A DNA stretch of 64,000 nt from an uncultured Gemmatimonadales bacterium (GTDB lineage Bacteria; Gemmatimonadota; Gemmatimonadetes; Longimicrobiales; RSA9): assembly GCA_963798845.1 (NCBI GenBank), contig CAWCUS010000001.1:448001-512000 (forward strand), given 5' to 3'. Position 1 is the stretch's first letter, and every line of letters begins with the position of its first letter. This document shows, piece by piece, positions 1 to 12,182 of the stretch. The translations under genes and the position numbers were made by a program. The notes beneath the pieces were generated by a model, which was given only the letters and a program-made list of their open reading frames with translations, ran no database searches and had not been told where the DNA came from.

Positions 1-378
1 CCCTTCCGCCTCGAGGCGCACCGGCTGCCCGTCGAGGTCGAGCGCCTCGACCACCGCCGTGGTCGGACGCTCCACCACGTCCCGCACGCCGGGGATGCTG
101 AGGCAGCCCTCCTCCACCCTGTCGGTCTGCTTCCCGCACTCGACCACACGAGGATTCACCAGCGCCACAGGCTCCACCCCCTCCTCGCGCGGGTCCACCA
201 CGATCAGCCGCGTCAGAATCCCTACCTGCGGAGCGGCCAGCCCCACGCCGTCCGCCTCGTACATGGTGTCGAACATGCTCCTGGCCAGGCGACGCACCTC
301 CTCCGTCACCGTCTCGACCTCGGCCGATTTCTTCCGCAGCGCCGGGTCGCCCATGAGCAGGATCTCAAGCGACGCCAT
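1..378 (-). CDS. def: peptide deformylase (3' end beyond window)
   Basis: Manual translation from ATG at 378: MASLEILLMGDPALRK...GVGLAAPQVG...EGCLSIPG (deformylase motifs 1 and 2). Confidence 0.95.
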   Translation of the reverse strand, partial: MASLEILLMGDPALRKKSAEVETVTEEVRRLARSMFDTMYEADGVGLAAPQVGILTRLIVVDPREEGVEPVALVNPRVVECGKQTDRVEEGCLSIPGVRDVVERPTTAVVEALDLDGQPVRLEAEG

Positions 379-386
379 CCGTCCTC

Positions 387-2973
<2,587 letters not shown>

Positions 2974-3080
2974 GGCGGGCGAAAGAAAACGAGGAGTGCG
3001 GCAAAAGGCAAAGCGCGCCGGCGCCATCGCGGCCTCGCGACCTTTGGCGCGAAACGGGGTTTCTAGGCGCGGTCCGCGCC

Positions 3081-4124
3081 TCAGCCGGCCCCGAAGAGGT
3101 TGATCTGCCCCCGTTCGCTCAGGTCCTCGGGCACCGCGTAGCCGAAGCGCTGGAAAGCTCGCCGCGTCGCCACCCGGCCGCGCGGCGTGCGCATGAGGAA
3201 GCCGTTCTGGATCAGGAAGGGCTCGTAGACTTCCTCGATCGTGCCCGGATCCTCGCCCACCGCCACGGCCAGCGTGGTCAGGCCCGCCGGGCCGCCGTCG
3301 AAGTTCTCGATCAGGGTCTTGAGGATGCGACCGTCCATCTCGTCGAGCCCGTACTCGTCGACATCCAACATCTTCAGCGCGTCGTCGGCCACCGGTCCCG
3401 TGATCACCCCGTTCGCGCGTACCTGGGCGAAGTCCCGCACCCGCCGGAGGAGCCGGTTCGCGACGCGCGGTGTGCCCCGGCTCCGCTTCGCGATCTCCTC
3501 CGCGCCCTCGGCCGTAGCGCGCACGTCCAGGATCTCCGCGCTCCGGACCACGATTTCCATCAGCTCATCAGCCCCGTAGTAGTTGAGCCGCTGGACGATT
3601 CCGAAGCGGGCGCGCATCGGAGGCGTGAGCAGACCGAAGCGCGTCGTCGCCCCCACCAGCGTGAAGTGCTCCACCGGCATGGTGATGGTCTGCGCCTTCG
3701 GCCCCTCGCTGAGCCGGATGTCGATCCGGTAGTCCTCCATCGCCGGATAGAGGAACTCCTCGATGATCGGGCGCAGGCGATGGATCTCGTCGATGAAGAG
3801 GAGGTCCCCCTCCTCCAGGTTCGTGAGCAGCCCCACCAGGTCCGCCGGCTTCTCCAGAACCGGCCCGGACGTGGTCTTGATCTGGAAGCCGAGCTCCCGC
3901 GCCATGAGCAACGCCAGCGTCGTCTTGCCGAGCCCCGGCGGCCCGTGAAAGAGCGTGTGGTCCAGCGGCTCGCGGCGCTGCTTCGCCGCGTCAATGGCGA
4001 TGCGCAGCGACTCCTTCACCTTCGACTGGCCGATGAACTCCTCCAGCCGCTGCGGCCGCAGTGAGAGCTCGACGTCCTGGTCGCCGGTGATCGCTTCCGG
4101 GGTGGTGATCTCGGGTCGGTTCAT
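3081..4124 (-). CDS. ruvB: Holliday junction branch migration helicase RuvB
   Basis: [43 protein letters not shown]. Confidence 0.98.
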   Translation of the reverse strand: MNRPEITTPEAITGDQDVELSLRPQRLEEFIGQSKVKESLRIAIDAAKQRREPLDHTLFHGPPGLGKTTLALLMARELGFQIKTTSGPVLEKPADLVGLLTNLEEGDLLFIDEIHRLRPIIEEFLYPAMEDYRIDIRLSEGPKAQTITMPVEHFTLVGATTRFGLLTPPMRARFGIVQRLNYYGADELMEIVVRSAEILDVRATAEGAEEIAKRSRGTPRVANRLLRRVRDFAQVRANGVITGPVADDALKMLDVDEYGLDEMDGRILKTLIENFDGGPAGLTTLAVAVGEDPGTIEEVYEPFLIQNGFLMRTPRGRVATRRAFQRFGYAVPEDLSERGQINLFGAG

Positions 4125-4154
4125 CGTCCCCGAAGGTACCACACCCGCCGCCCC

Positions 4155-4170
4155 TTCGGCCAGTCTTCGG
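4155..4170. promoter_or_regulatory. candidate DNA-damage operator TTCGG-N6-TTCGG upstream of ruvB
   Basis: TTCGG CCAGTC TTCGG on + strand, 30 nt upstream of the ruvB ATG; same motif as at dnaE2 and imuA. Confidence 0.5.
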
Positions 4171-4341
4171 TGGCCTCCTTCGCGTCCTTCGTTTCCCTTT
4201 CTTCTTTCGTGTGTTCCCGTGCTCGTGTCGGCCGCCGTCTCCGCGCGAGCGCGAAACCAACCCCCTTGCCCCCGAACATCCGCTCGTGAATCTGTGTACA
4301 ATGCTGCGGACACAACCATCCCTGTCCCTGGAGAAAGAGCA

Positions 4342-4953
4342 ATGAACGGTTCCGGCAGAGCGATTGGAGTGCTGCTCGTGGCGCTCCTGGCCGTCGGGGG
4401 CACCGCTTGCGCCAAGCGCGTCTCGCGCATCGACCCATCCAGCGTCACTGACCTGTCGGGTCGCTGGAACGACACGGATTCCCGGCTCGTGGCGAACGCG
4501 CTCATCGAGCAGACGCTCGGCGGCGGCTGGGCGGCGCGGTACACGGGCGCTCACGGAGGAGAGTCGCCGGCGGTGATCGTGGGCAGCTTCCGCAACCGCA
4601 CGCTGGAGCACATCCCGGTGAACACGTTCATCAGCGACCTGGAGCGGGCGCTGATCAACTCGGGTGCCGTGAAGATGGTGGCGAGCCCGGTGGAGCGGGA
4701 CGAGATCCGGGCGGAGCGGACGGACCAGCAGGAGAACGCCCGGGCCGATACGCGGGCGAGGATGGCGCAGGAGCTGGGTGCGAACTACATGCTCCAGGGC
4801 GACATCACGGCCATCGAGGACGAGGAGGGCCGGGAGAAGGTGGTCTACTATCAGGTGGACGCGACGCTCACGGACCTGGAGAGCAACGTGAAGGTCTGGG
4901 CCGGTCAGCACCGGATCAAGAAGTACATCGAGCGGCCCCGGATCGGGTGGTGA
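4342..4953 (+). CDS. penicillin-binding protein activator LpoB-like lipoprotein
   Basis: Lipobox [43 protein letters not shown]...W, typical of the LpoB/COG3417 family. Confidence 0.85.
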   Translation: MNGSGRAIGVLLVALLAVGGTACAKRVSRIDPSSVTDLSGRWNDTDSRLVANALIEQTLGGGWAARYTGAHGGESPAVIVGSFRNRTLEHIPVNTFISDLERALINSGAVKMVASPVERDEIRAERTDQQENARADTRARMAQELGANYMLQGDITAIEDEEGREKVVYYQVDATLTDLESNVKVWAGQHRIKKYIERPRIGW

Positions 4954-4964
4954 GGAGGCTCCCC

Positions 4965-5783
4965 ATGAGAAAGACGACCATGAAGACGCTGCCGCTGCTG
5001 TCGCTGGCCGCGCTCGTGACGGCGGCGGGATGCGCGCCGAAGCGGGTGAACCAGGCGCCGATCCTCGAGAACGATGACCGGGTGCCGGAGGCGAGCACGG
5101 CTTCCGCGGCCGCGGAAGCGGCCAACCAGCAGGCTTACCAGCAGATGGACCGCGACTCGCTCGCCGCGGAGGCGCTCGCGACGTGCGCCGGCGAGATCTG
5201 CGCGGCGGTGACCCGCGGTGAGCTGGCCCTGGGCATGAACGAGACGCAGGTGCTGGCCGCGACCCGGACCACCTACGACGCGTGGACGGTACGCCGTGCC
5301 GGCGCCAGCGCGGTGCTGGTGCCCCGGAGCGCGCAGTACGCGCCGAAGGACGCCACCGGCGAAGTCGCCTTGGTACAGGTGGCCGAAGGGCGCGTGCGCT
5401 CCTACAGCTACCGTGAGCCGCAGGGGATCCGGGTGGTCAGCACGCCGGCGGAAGCCACGACGGCGGGGCGTGCGGCCGCCATGGCCGACATGCTGGTGCG
5501 CGAGGGCGACGACTACATGGCGCGTGGCGAGTTCGACCTGGCGCTGAACCGGTACGACCGCGCTTCGGTGCTCAAGGTGGACGACCCGGAGGTCACGTAC
5601 CGGATCGCCACCACACTGGACAAGGCGCTGCGGCCGATGGAGGCCCAGATCCAGTATCAGCTGTTCCTGCACCAGATGGAGCTGGAGAAGATCGAGGCGT
5701 ACGGTGACGCCTACGCGAAGATGGCCGACGCCATCGCGCACGCACGCGAACGGCTCATCGTCCTCGAGAAGCGAAACCCCTGA
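4965..5783 (+). CDS. lipoprotein with SmpA-like and TPR-like segments
   Basis: GGAGG RBS, lipobox AAGC, LGMNETQV, TPR-like EGDDYMARGEFDLALNRYDRA. Confidence 0.8.
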   Translation: MRKTTMKTLPLLSLAALVTAAGCAPKRVNQAPILENDDRVPEASTASAAAEAANQQAYQQMDRDSLAAEALATCAGEICAAVTRGELALGMNETQVLAATRTTYDAWTVRRAGASAVLVPRSAQYAPKDATGEVALVQVAEGRVRSYSYREPQGIRVVSTPAEATTAGRAAAMADMLVREGDDYMARGEFDLALNRYDRASVLKVDDPEVTYRIATTLDKALRPMEAQIQYQLFLHQMELEKIEAYGDAYAKMADAIAHARERLIVLEKRNP

Positions 5784-5805
5784 GCGGGTGACGCGTGTGC
5801 GCCTG

Positions 5806-7257
5806 ATGCGTGCAGGGAGGGTCGCGGTCCTGGCCGCGGTCCTCCCGCTCTCCGGCTGCGCCGCCATGGTCGGCGGCTACGACCTCGCGCCGAACGGGCT
5901 GACCGGCCCCGAGGATGCCCTCCGGCGCGACCTGGCTACACGTGCGCCAGTCACCTACCGGAGCATCACGGAGGGGAAGCGGGAGCTGCCCGGCGACGAC
6001 CTCCTCCGCCTCCTCTACGCCGGCATCGCGGGACGCTACGCCGGAGCGTACGAGGAGAGCAGTCACCTGCTGGACGTCGCCTCGTACCTGGCCGAGGACC
6101 GGGTCACCACGAGCGTGAGCCGGCAGCTGGCCAGCTTCATCACGAACGACCGCGCGCTCGCCTACGTCCCCGGCCGCACCGAGCGCCTCATGATCCCCTA
6201 CATCTCCGCTGTCAACTACCTCGCGGCCGGCGACGCCGACGGCGCCGCGGTGGAGGCGCGCCGGATCGAAGCGCTTCTCGACAAGTTCGACGAAGACGAG
6301 GACCGGGAGGACGCGCCGGCGGAGAGCCGGTTCCTCCACTACTTCGCCGGGACCGTGTTCGAAGCCGCGCGCGACGTGAACGCCGCCGACGTGGCGTACC
6401 GTCGCGCCGGTCCGCTCGCGGAGGCGGTGTCGCCGGGGCAGCCGGAGAAGGCCGCGAACGCCGATTCGCTGGGCGATGTCGTGGTGCTGGTGGAGCGGGG
6501 ATTCGTGCCCCACCGGGTGGAGCAGTCCGTGGTCGTCGTGATCCCGCCGTTCGAGGTCGACCACCTGACCGGAGGATCACCGGGAGAACGGGCGACCGTT
6601 GCAGGCGAAGCGGCGGTCCGCATCCTGGCGACGGCGGCCGGGCTGTACGGGGACCGCAGCAGCTTCTATCACGACCGCGGCTTCGAGCGCGGCATCCGGC
6701 TGGCGCCGTGGGCCGACGCGTGCGCGGACGGCGGCCAGTGCGGCGACGACGACGATGATGAAGACTCCGCGCCCTACCTGCTCCGCATCTCCTGGCCGGT
6801 CCTCTACCAGGAGATGTGGCCGCCGTCGCAGGTGCGCGTGCGATCCGGCGATTACGCCGCGGACGGCGTGGCGTGGCTCGACCTGAGCGAGGCCACGCGC
6901 GCCGATTTCGACGCGGAGCGGCCGACCATGCTCGCCCGCACTGTGGTCCGGGCGGCCGCCAAGGTGGCGATCTCCGCCGGCGTGAAGGAGGCGGTGTCGA
7001 AGAAGGACGAGACTGCCGGCGAAGTCGCCGGCATCCTGACGAACCTCGGAACCATGCTGACCGAGCGGGCGGACACGCGCTGCTGGCAGCTGCTGCCGGG
7101 CTCCATCACCATGGTGCGCATGCGGCTCCCGGCGGGCACCCACGAGCTCACGCTCGAGGCCGGCGACGCCGGCACCCCCGACAGCTCGGTCTACCTGGGC
7201 CCCGTCGAGGTGCGGCCGGGGGAGATCGCGTTCGTCGCCACCCGCCTCTGGCGCTGA
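5806..7257 (+). CDS. COG3014-like TPR lipoprotein
   Basis: Lipobox LSGC; AAVEARR, ERADTRCWQLLP motif of the COG3014 family, which is often found next to lpoB. Confidence 0.8.
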   Translation: MRAGRVAVLAAVLPLSGCAAMVGGYDLAPNGLTGPEDALRRDLATRAPVTYRSITEGKRELPGDDLLRLLYAGIAGRYAGAYEESSHLLDVASYLAEDRVTTSVSRQLASFITNDRALAYVPGRTERLMIPYISAVNYLAAGDADGAAVEARRIEALLDKFDEDEDREDAPAESRFLHYFAGTVFEAARDVNAADVAYRRAGPLAEAVSPGQPEKAANADSLGDVVVLVERGFVPHRVEQSVVVVIPPFEVDHLTGGSPGERATVAGEAAVRILATAAGLYGDRSSFYHDRGFERGIRLAPWADACADGGQCGDDDDDEDSAPYLLRISWPVLYQEMWPPSQVRVRSGDYAADGVAWLDLSEATRADFDAERPTMLARTVVRAAAKVAISAGVKEAVSKKDETAGEVAGILTNLGTMLTERADTRCWQLLPGSITMVRMRLPAGTHELTLEAGDAGTPDSSVYLGPVEVRPGEIAFVATRLWR

Positions 7258-7380
7258 ACCGCCCTTTGCCCCTGCCCGCCGTTCTGATAGCTTTCCCGTC
7301 CACGGTCCCTCGAACTCGCCGGAGCATGGCGCGCCTTCAAAGCCAAGGGCACACCACTCTATCCCACCGGCTCCACTGAC

Positions 7381-9141
7381 GTGGTGACCGGCACGGCCAG
7401 ACCGCTCCCCGTCTACCCGTCCGTGCCGCCTCCGCGCGGCGACCTGACGCGCGCCCCTCTCCTCGGTCGCTTCCTGCGCTGGAAGCACGCCCGCACCGCG
7501 GTCCAGGTCCCGCTGCTGCTGCTTGCGGCGGTGATCGTGGCCGACGGGCTCTTCGGGCCGCAGGTGGCGCCGGAGAACGCGGCGGGCGTCGGACCCTGGG
7601 TGCAGTGGCGGGGGCTGGTCGTGCTGGCGCTCCTCGTCGCCGGAAACCTCTTCTGCATGGCCTGCCCCTTCATGCTCCCGCGCCGCCTGGCCAAGAAGCT
7701 GTTGCCCGGGAGCCGGAGCTGGCCCGCGTGGCTGAAGGGGAAGTGGCTGGCGCTGGGCCTGCTCGTCGCGTTCTTCTGGGCGTACGAGGGGTTCGACCTT
7801 TGGAACAGCCCATGGCTCACCGCCTGGCTCGTGCTGGCCTACTTCGCCAGCGCCTTCGTGGTGGACGGGTTCTTCAAGGGGGCGGCGTTCTGCAAGTACG
7901 CATGCCCCATCGGGTCGTTCAACTTCGTGAACGCGCTGGCGTCGCCGGCGGAAGTGCGCGTGCGGGACGCCGGCGTGTGCGCGGCGTGCGAGACCAAGGA
8001 CTGCATCACGGGCCGCCGCGAGATCGACCCGCGCTCCGGTGAGCGGCGGCTCGTGCAGTCGGGCTGCGAGCTCTGGCTCTTCCAGCCGCGCAAGGCCGGG
8101 AACATGGACTGCACCTTCTGCCTGGACTGCGTGCAGGCCTGTCCGTACGACAACGTGGGCATCATCGCCAGGATGCCGGGCGCCGAGCTGGTCCTCGATC
8201 CCCGGCGCTCCGGCATCGGACGCTTCACGGAGCGGCCCGACGTGGTCGCGCTCCTCATGGCCGTCGTGTTCGCTTCGTTCGTCAACGCGGCCGGGATGAT
8301 CGGGCCCGTGCAGCCGCTGCTCGAAGGGATCGGTCGCGCCCTGGGCACCTCCAGCGAGTGGATGATCTGGACCGTCTTCCTCGTCGCGACGATGATCGTC
8401 GCCCCCGCCCTGCTGCTCACGGCCGCCACCGCATCCAGCCGCTGGCTCACCGGCGGGGCCGTGCCCGCCCGGCGGCTCGGACTGCGCATGGCCACCGGCC
8501 TCGTTCCGGTCGGCTTCGGCATGTGGGTCGCCCACTACGGGTTCCACCTCCTGGCCAGCGGGCTCACCCTGGTCCCGGTGCTGCAGCGCGCGGCCGGCGA
8601 CGTCGGGCTCGCCGGCGCAGCGCCGGACTGGTCGCTCGGCGCCCTGGTCCCCGCGGCGTGGCTCCTGCCGATCGAGCTCGCAGCGGTGGAGGGCGGGCTC
8701 CTGGGGAGCATCCTGCTCCTCCATTACATTTCGCGCGCCACGCTCGGGTCGGCGCGCCTGGCAAGGCGCGCGTTCGCCCCGTGGGCCGTGCTCGCCCTCG
8801 GCCTCGGCGGCCTGGGAGGTTGGATCATGTCGCAGCCGATGGCCATGCGCGGCATGATGATGCCGGGTATGGGCGCTGAAGGGGGCGTGCCCGGCATGGT
8901 GGATGGCGCGTCAATGCCCGGGATGATGGACGGCGCGCCAATGCCGGGAATGGAGCATGCGGGCGAGGCGCCGGCGGCGACGGGGAGCGCAGCCCCGGAT
9001 CCGGACGGGGACCGGGTCACCCCGCAGCCGTCGACGCAGGGAACGGAACAGGAGAACGGGATGGAAGGAAGGCGGGGAGAGACGCCCCCGGTCGCGCCGG
9101 CGGCCGGCGGAGACCCGGGTGGCGGGAGCCCTCATGGGTGA
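7381..9141 (+). CDS. polytopic 4Fe-4S membrane protein (FesM/NapH/NosR-like) with Met-rich C-terminal tail
   Basis: FCMACP and FCKYACP motifs, CAACETKDC, CTFCLDCVQACP ferredoxin motif, many TM segments. Confidence 0.85.
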   Translation: MVTGTARPLPVYPSVPPPRGDLTRAPLLGRFLRWKHARTAVQVPLLLLAAVIVADGLFGPQVAPENAAGVGPWVQWRGLVVLALLVAGNLFCMACPFMLPRRLAKKLLPGSRSWPAWLKGKWLALGLLVAFFWAYEGFDLWNSPWLTAWLVLAYFASAFVVDGFFKGAAFCKYACPIGSFNFVNALASPAEVRVRDAGVCAACETKDCITGRREIDPRSGERRLVQSGCELWLFQPRKAGNMDCTFCLDCVQACPYDNVGIIARMPGAELVLDPRRSGIGRFTERPDVVALLMAVVFASFVNAAGMIGPVQPLLEGIGRALGTSSEWMIWTVFLVATMIVAPALLLTAATASSRWLTGGAVPARRLGLRMATGLVPVGFGMWVAHYGFHLLASGLTLVPVLQRAAGDVGLAGAAPDWSLGALVPAAWLLPIELAAVEGGLLGSILLLHYISRATLGSARLARRAFAPWAVLALGLGGLGGWIMSQPMAMRGMMMPGMGAEGGVPGMVDGASMPGMMDGAPMPGMEHAGEAPAATGSAAPDPDGDRVTPQPSTQGTEQENGMEGRRGETPPVAPAAGGDPGGGSPHG

Positions 9142-10102
9142 CGTGAAGGCGTTCCTGCTCTCCTGGGAGCTCGAGCCGACCATCATCATCGGCATCGTGA
9201 TGGCGGCCGGACTGTACATACGCGGATGGCGGCGGCTCAGGAAGCGGGGACGCGGAGGCAGAATCCTGCGGCCGTGGAGGGCGTGGTGCTTCGCCGGCGG
9301 CCTGGCCTCGGTGGCGCTGGCGCTCCTCTCCCCGATCGCCACGTTCGACTCGATCTTCTTCTTCATGCACATGATCCAGCACGTTCTGCTGATCATGATC
9401 GCAGCGCCCCTGATCTGGCTCGGCGCGCCCATGCTCCCGACGCTCTGGGCGTTCGACCGCCCCACGCGGCATCGGCTGGGGAATCTCTTCCGGCGGCGGA
9501 ACCCGGTCCACCGCGTGTTCCATTTCCTGACGCGGCCGGTCGTGGCGCTGCCGATCTTCGTGCTGGTGCTCCTGGGATGGCACTTCCCGCCACTCTACGA
9601 CGCCGCGCAGGGCCGAACCTTGCTCCACGACCTCGAGCACCTGTTCTTCTTCGGCACCGCGCTGCTCTTCTGGTGGCCGGTCATCCAGCCGTCCGGAGGG
9701 AAGCGGCGCCTGAGCTACGCCGCCGGCATCCTGTACATCTTCCCCGCCAAGCTGGCAGGTCTGATCCTCGGCGCCGGGCTCTCGCTGGCGAGGGAGCCGG
9801 TATACGACTTCTACGCCCGGCAACCCCGCGTCTGGGGGATCTCCGCGCTCGCCGACCAGCAGGCGGGCGGGCTCATCATGTGGGTGTTCGTGGGCGTGCT
9901 CTTCATCATCCCGCTGCTCGCGCTCGTGCTCATGATGATGCGGGAGGACGAGGGCGACCTGTGGACCCCGCAGGCCGTCCGCGATGCCGAGGCTGCCGCG
10001 CGCACCGGCGTCGGGCCGGGCGCCAACCGCCCGGCGGCGGCTGCCGTCTCGCGCAGCGGGGCAGTGAAGACCGCGACACCGGTGGCCGAGCCCGGGCTGT
10101 GA
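9134..10102 (+). CDS. cytochrome c oxidase assembly factor, CtaG (caa3) family
   Basis: HMIQHVLL, WHFP, HDLEH, DQQAGGLIMW. Confidence 0.9.
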   Translation: MGDVKAFLLSWELEPTIIIGIVMAAGLYIRGWRRLRKRGRGGRILRPWRAWCFAGGLASVALALLSPIATFDSIFFFMHMIQHVLLIMIAAPLIWLGAPMLPTLWAFDRPTRHRLGNLFRRRNPVHRVFHFLTRPVVALPIFVLVLLGWHFPPLYDAAQGRTLLHDLEHLFFFGTALLFWWPVIQPSGGKRRLSYAAGILYIFPAKLAGLILGAGLSLAREPVYDFYARQPRVWGISALADQQAGGLIMWVFVGVLFIIPLLALVLMMMREDEGDLWTPQAVRDAEAAARTGVGPGANRPAAAAVSRSGAVKTATPVAEPGL

Positions 10103-10131
10103 GCAGGCGGGACGGAAGAACCCGCCGGTCC

Positions 10132-10614
10132 ATGGTCGTCGCGGCGGCGCTCCTGGTCGGCGGGACGGCTCCGCTGCTGGCCAACGGGGGAAAGGTGCGC
10201 GTCTCCCGCGCCCCAGTCGGCCCGTATTTCGTCTCCGTCTACAGCAGCCCGACGCCTTCGCGGACGGGTGGGCAGGACGTGAGCGTGCTGGTGCAGGATT
10301 CGGCCGACCGACAGGTGGACGTCCCGCTCACGCTCGAGGTGCGCCGCGCGGGAGAGCCGGCGGGCTCCCGCACATTCGCCGTCACGCGCGGAGCGGCCAC
10401 GAACAAGCTGTTCAAGGCCGCGAAGTTCGCGCTGGAGGAGCCAGGGGAATGGGATTTCACGGTACGGGTGGGCGACCTGGGGCAGGTCTCGTACCGGGCG
10501 ACGGTGGAGCGCTCGACCCTCCTGGACCACCCGTACCTCATCGCCATGCTCGTCCTGGTCCCCGTCCTGCTGGTCGGCTGGCTGGCGAGTCGGCGGGGGG
10601 ACGCCTCTGGCTGA
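10132..10614 (+). CDS. exported Ig-like (YtkA/FixH-like) protein with C-terminal membrane anchor
   Basis: Signal peptide, beta-rich GPYFVSVYSSPTP...ATNKLF...PGEWDFTV, C-terminal TM; alternative GTG start at 10099. Confidence 0.7.
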   Translation: MVVAAALLVGGTAPLLANGGKVRVSRAPVGPYFVSVYSSPTPSRTGGQDVSVLVQDSADRQVDVPLTLEVRRAGEPAGSRTFAVTRGAATNKLFKAAKFALEEPGEWDFTVRVGDLGQVSYRATVERSTLLDHPYLIAMLVLVPVLLVGWLASRRGDASG

Positions 10615-10621
10615 CCGGCGC

Positions 10622-10981
10622 TCAGTCGCGCAGCGCCGCCACGATGTACCCGGCCACGAACGCTATGGCCAACGAGCGCCACGGCTCGCGGGTGACGGCG
10701 TGGCGGAAGTCCTTCAGCGTCGCCTTCCCCCATAGCTCGTCCTTCTTCCGGCTGAGCTCCGCTTTCTCCCGTCCAAGCCGCACCTCCAGCGTATCCAGCG
10801 TCGCTGACATCCTGGCCCGCGTGCGCTGGATCTCCCGTCGCATGGCGTCGGGAGTGTCCGCGGGCGATGCCGAAGGGCCGCCATCGGCCGCTCCCCTGCC
10901 GTCCATTGCCCGCTCGGCGCGCGTCGAGCGAGGAAGCGCGTGGCTCGGATCCGGATTGTTGAGTTCGATGGAATCGGCCAT
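10622..10981 (-). CDS. DUF3618-like protein with tail anchor
   Basis: PDAMRREIQRTRARMSATLDTLE; C-terminal PWRSLAIAFVAGY. Confidence 0.8.
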   Translation of the reverse strand: MADSIELNNPDPSHALPRSTRAERAMDGRGAADGGPSASPADTPDAMRREIQRTRARMSATLDTLEVRLGREKAELSRKKDELWGKATLKDFRHAVTREPWRSLAIAFVAGYIVAALRD

Positions 10982-11018
10982 GGCTCATCGTGGTGAGAGT
11001 TGTGCCGGCGCAATCGGT

Positions 11019-11034
11019 TGCAAGAGCCGCGCCC
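11019..11034 (-). promoter_or_regulatory. sigma54-type -24/-12 promoter for the DUF3618 gene
   Basis: Minus strand GGGCGC-GGCTC-TTGCA (GG-N10-GC). Confidence 0.5.
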
Positions 11035-11066
11035 CTCGCCCGCACCTTTCCACGGCCCCTCGCGGG

Positions 11067-11082
11067 CGGCACACGCATTGCA
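11067..11082 (+). promoter_or_regulatory. sigma54-type -24/-12 promoter for the holin-like operon
   Basis: CGGCAC-ACGCA-TTGCA, near consensus TGGCAC-N5-TTGC. Confidence 0.65.
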
Positions 11083-11129
11083 CCGTTCGCGGGTACTGAT
11101 CCGAGCCCCGACCTCCCCGGAGGAAACGC

Positions 11130-11645
11130 ATGGCTGCCACGGAACCGACGACCCGAGCCCCATCCCGCTGGCGCTCGCCACCCCCGGACCACCCGCTGCC
11201 GCGCGGGCAGCGGCCCCCCCGCCGCCCCGCCGTGGAGGAGCAGGACGCCGGCGTCACCGACCTCCTGCGGAGCCTCGCCGACGACACCCGCACGCTGGTC
11301 CGCCAGGAGCTGGACCTCGCGCGCATGGAGGTCGTGCGCACGGCCCGGCACCTTACGGTCGATGGGATCTGGATCGCCGCGGGGGCCGGCATCGCGGCGC
11401 TGGGCGGGGTGGTGGTGGTCCTGGGGCTGGCGCTCCTGGTCGGGTATTTCCTGGACTCCTACTGGCTGGGCACCCTGATCGTCGGCGGGTTCCTCCTGCT
11501 GGTGGGCGCGGTGGGAGCGCTCGTGGGCGTACAGCGGCTGCGGTCCCGGGAGCTGGCGCCGAAGCGGACGGTGGACTCGCTGCGGGCCGACGCCACCTGG
11601 GCCCGGACGGAGGCGGATGACTTCAAGCAAGCACTGAAGGAGTGA
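11130..11645 (+). CDS. phage holin-family / YqjE-like membrane protein
   Basis: LVRQELDLARME, two TM helices, LAPKRTVDSLRAD. Confidence 0.85.
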   Translation: MAATEPTTRAPSRWRSPPPDHPLPRGQRPPRRPAVEEQDAGVTDLLRSLADDTRTLVRQELDLARMEVVRTARHLTVDGIWIAAGAGIAALGGVVVVLGLALLVGYFLDSYWLGTLIVGGFLLLVGAVGALVGVQRLRSRELAPKRTVDSLRADATWARTEADDFKQALKE

Positions 11646-11647
11646 CC

Positions 11648-12157
11648 ATGGCGGAATTCACTGATCGGCCGCAGCGGGACACCCCCGAGCACCGGGAGCC
11701 GGAGCGGCACGGCGAGCACCGTGCGCCGGAGCGGCACACCGCCGACTACCCCGAGCACGAGACACGCCGTGCCACGGGGATGGGCAACCCTGGCCGGTTC
11801 CCGGATGAGCACCCAATGGAGGGGGAGCACGGCGAGGAAATGCGGGCGTTTCAGCAACGGCGGAGCGACGGTGCCGCGGAATCTCGCGTGCGCCTCGCCG
11901 CCGGCGACCGGATCTCAGACGTGTCGAGTCGAGTCCGCCACCTCGGCGAGGCGGCCGCCGACCGGAACCGCTTCCTCGCCCCCACACGGCCGCTCGCCCG
12001 TGGCGCGGCGGAGGGGCTGGACACGGCCGCGGAGTACGTCCGGACGCACCCGGTCAGCGAGATGCGCGGGGACCTCGAGTCCGAGGTGCGGCGCCACCCG
12101 CTGGCGGCCATAGCCGTGGCGTTCCTGGCCGGCTATACACTGCGTCGGATCTTCTGA
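11648..12157 (+). CDS. ElaB/YqjD (DUF883)-like tail-anchored protein
   Basis: AAEYVRTH...VRRHPLAAIAVAFLAGYTLRRIF; AAGGAG RBS. Confidence 0.75.
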   Translation: MAEFTDRPQRDTPEHREPERHGEHRAPERHTADYPEHETRRATGMGNPGRFPDEHPMEGEHGEEMRAFQQRRSDGAAESRVRLAAGDRISDVSSRVRHLGEAAADRNRFLAPTRPLARGAAEGLDTAAEYVRTHPVSEMRGDLESEVRRHPLAAIAVAFLAGYTLRRIF

Positions 12158-12182
12158 GCCGGTTCCCCGAAACGTCGTAGGG

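Noticed and set aside
11130..11645. Prophage, suggested by the holin-family gene
   Set aside because: There are no phage structural, lysis or integrase genes; this family is a common chromosomal membrane protein.
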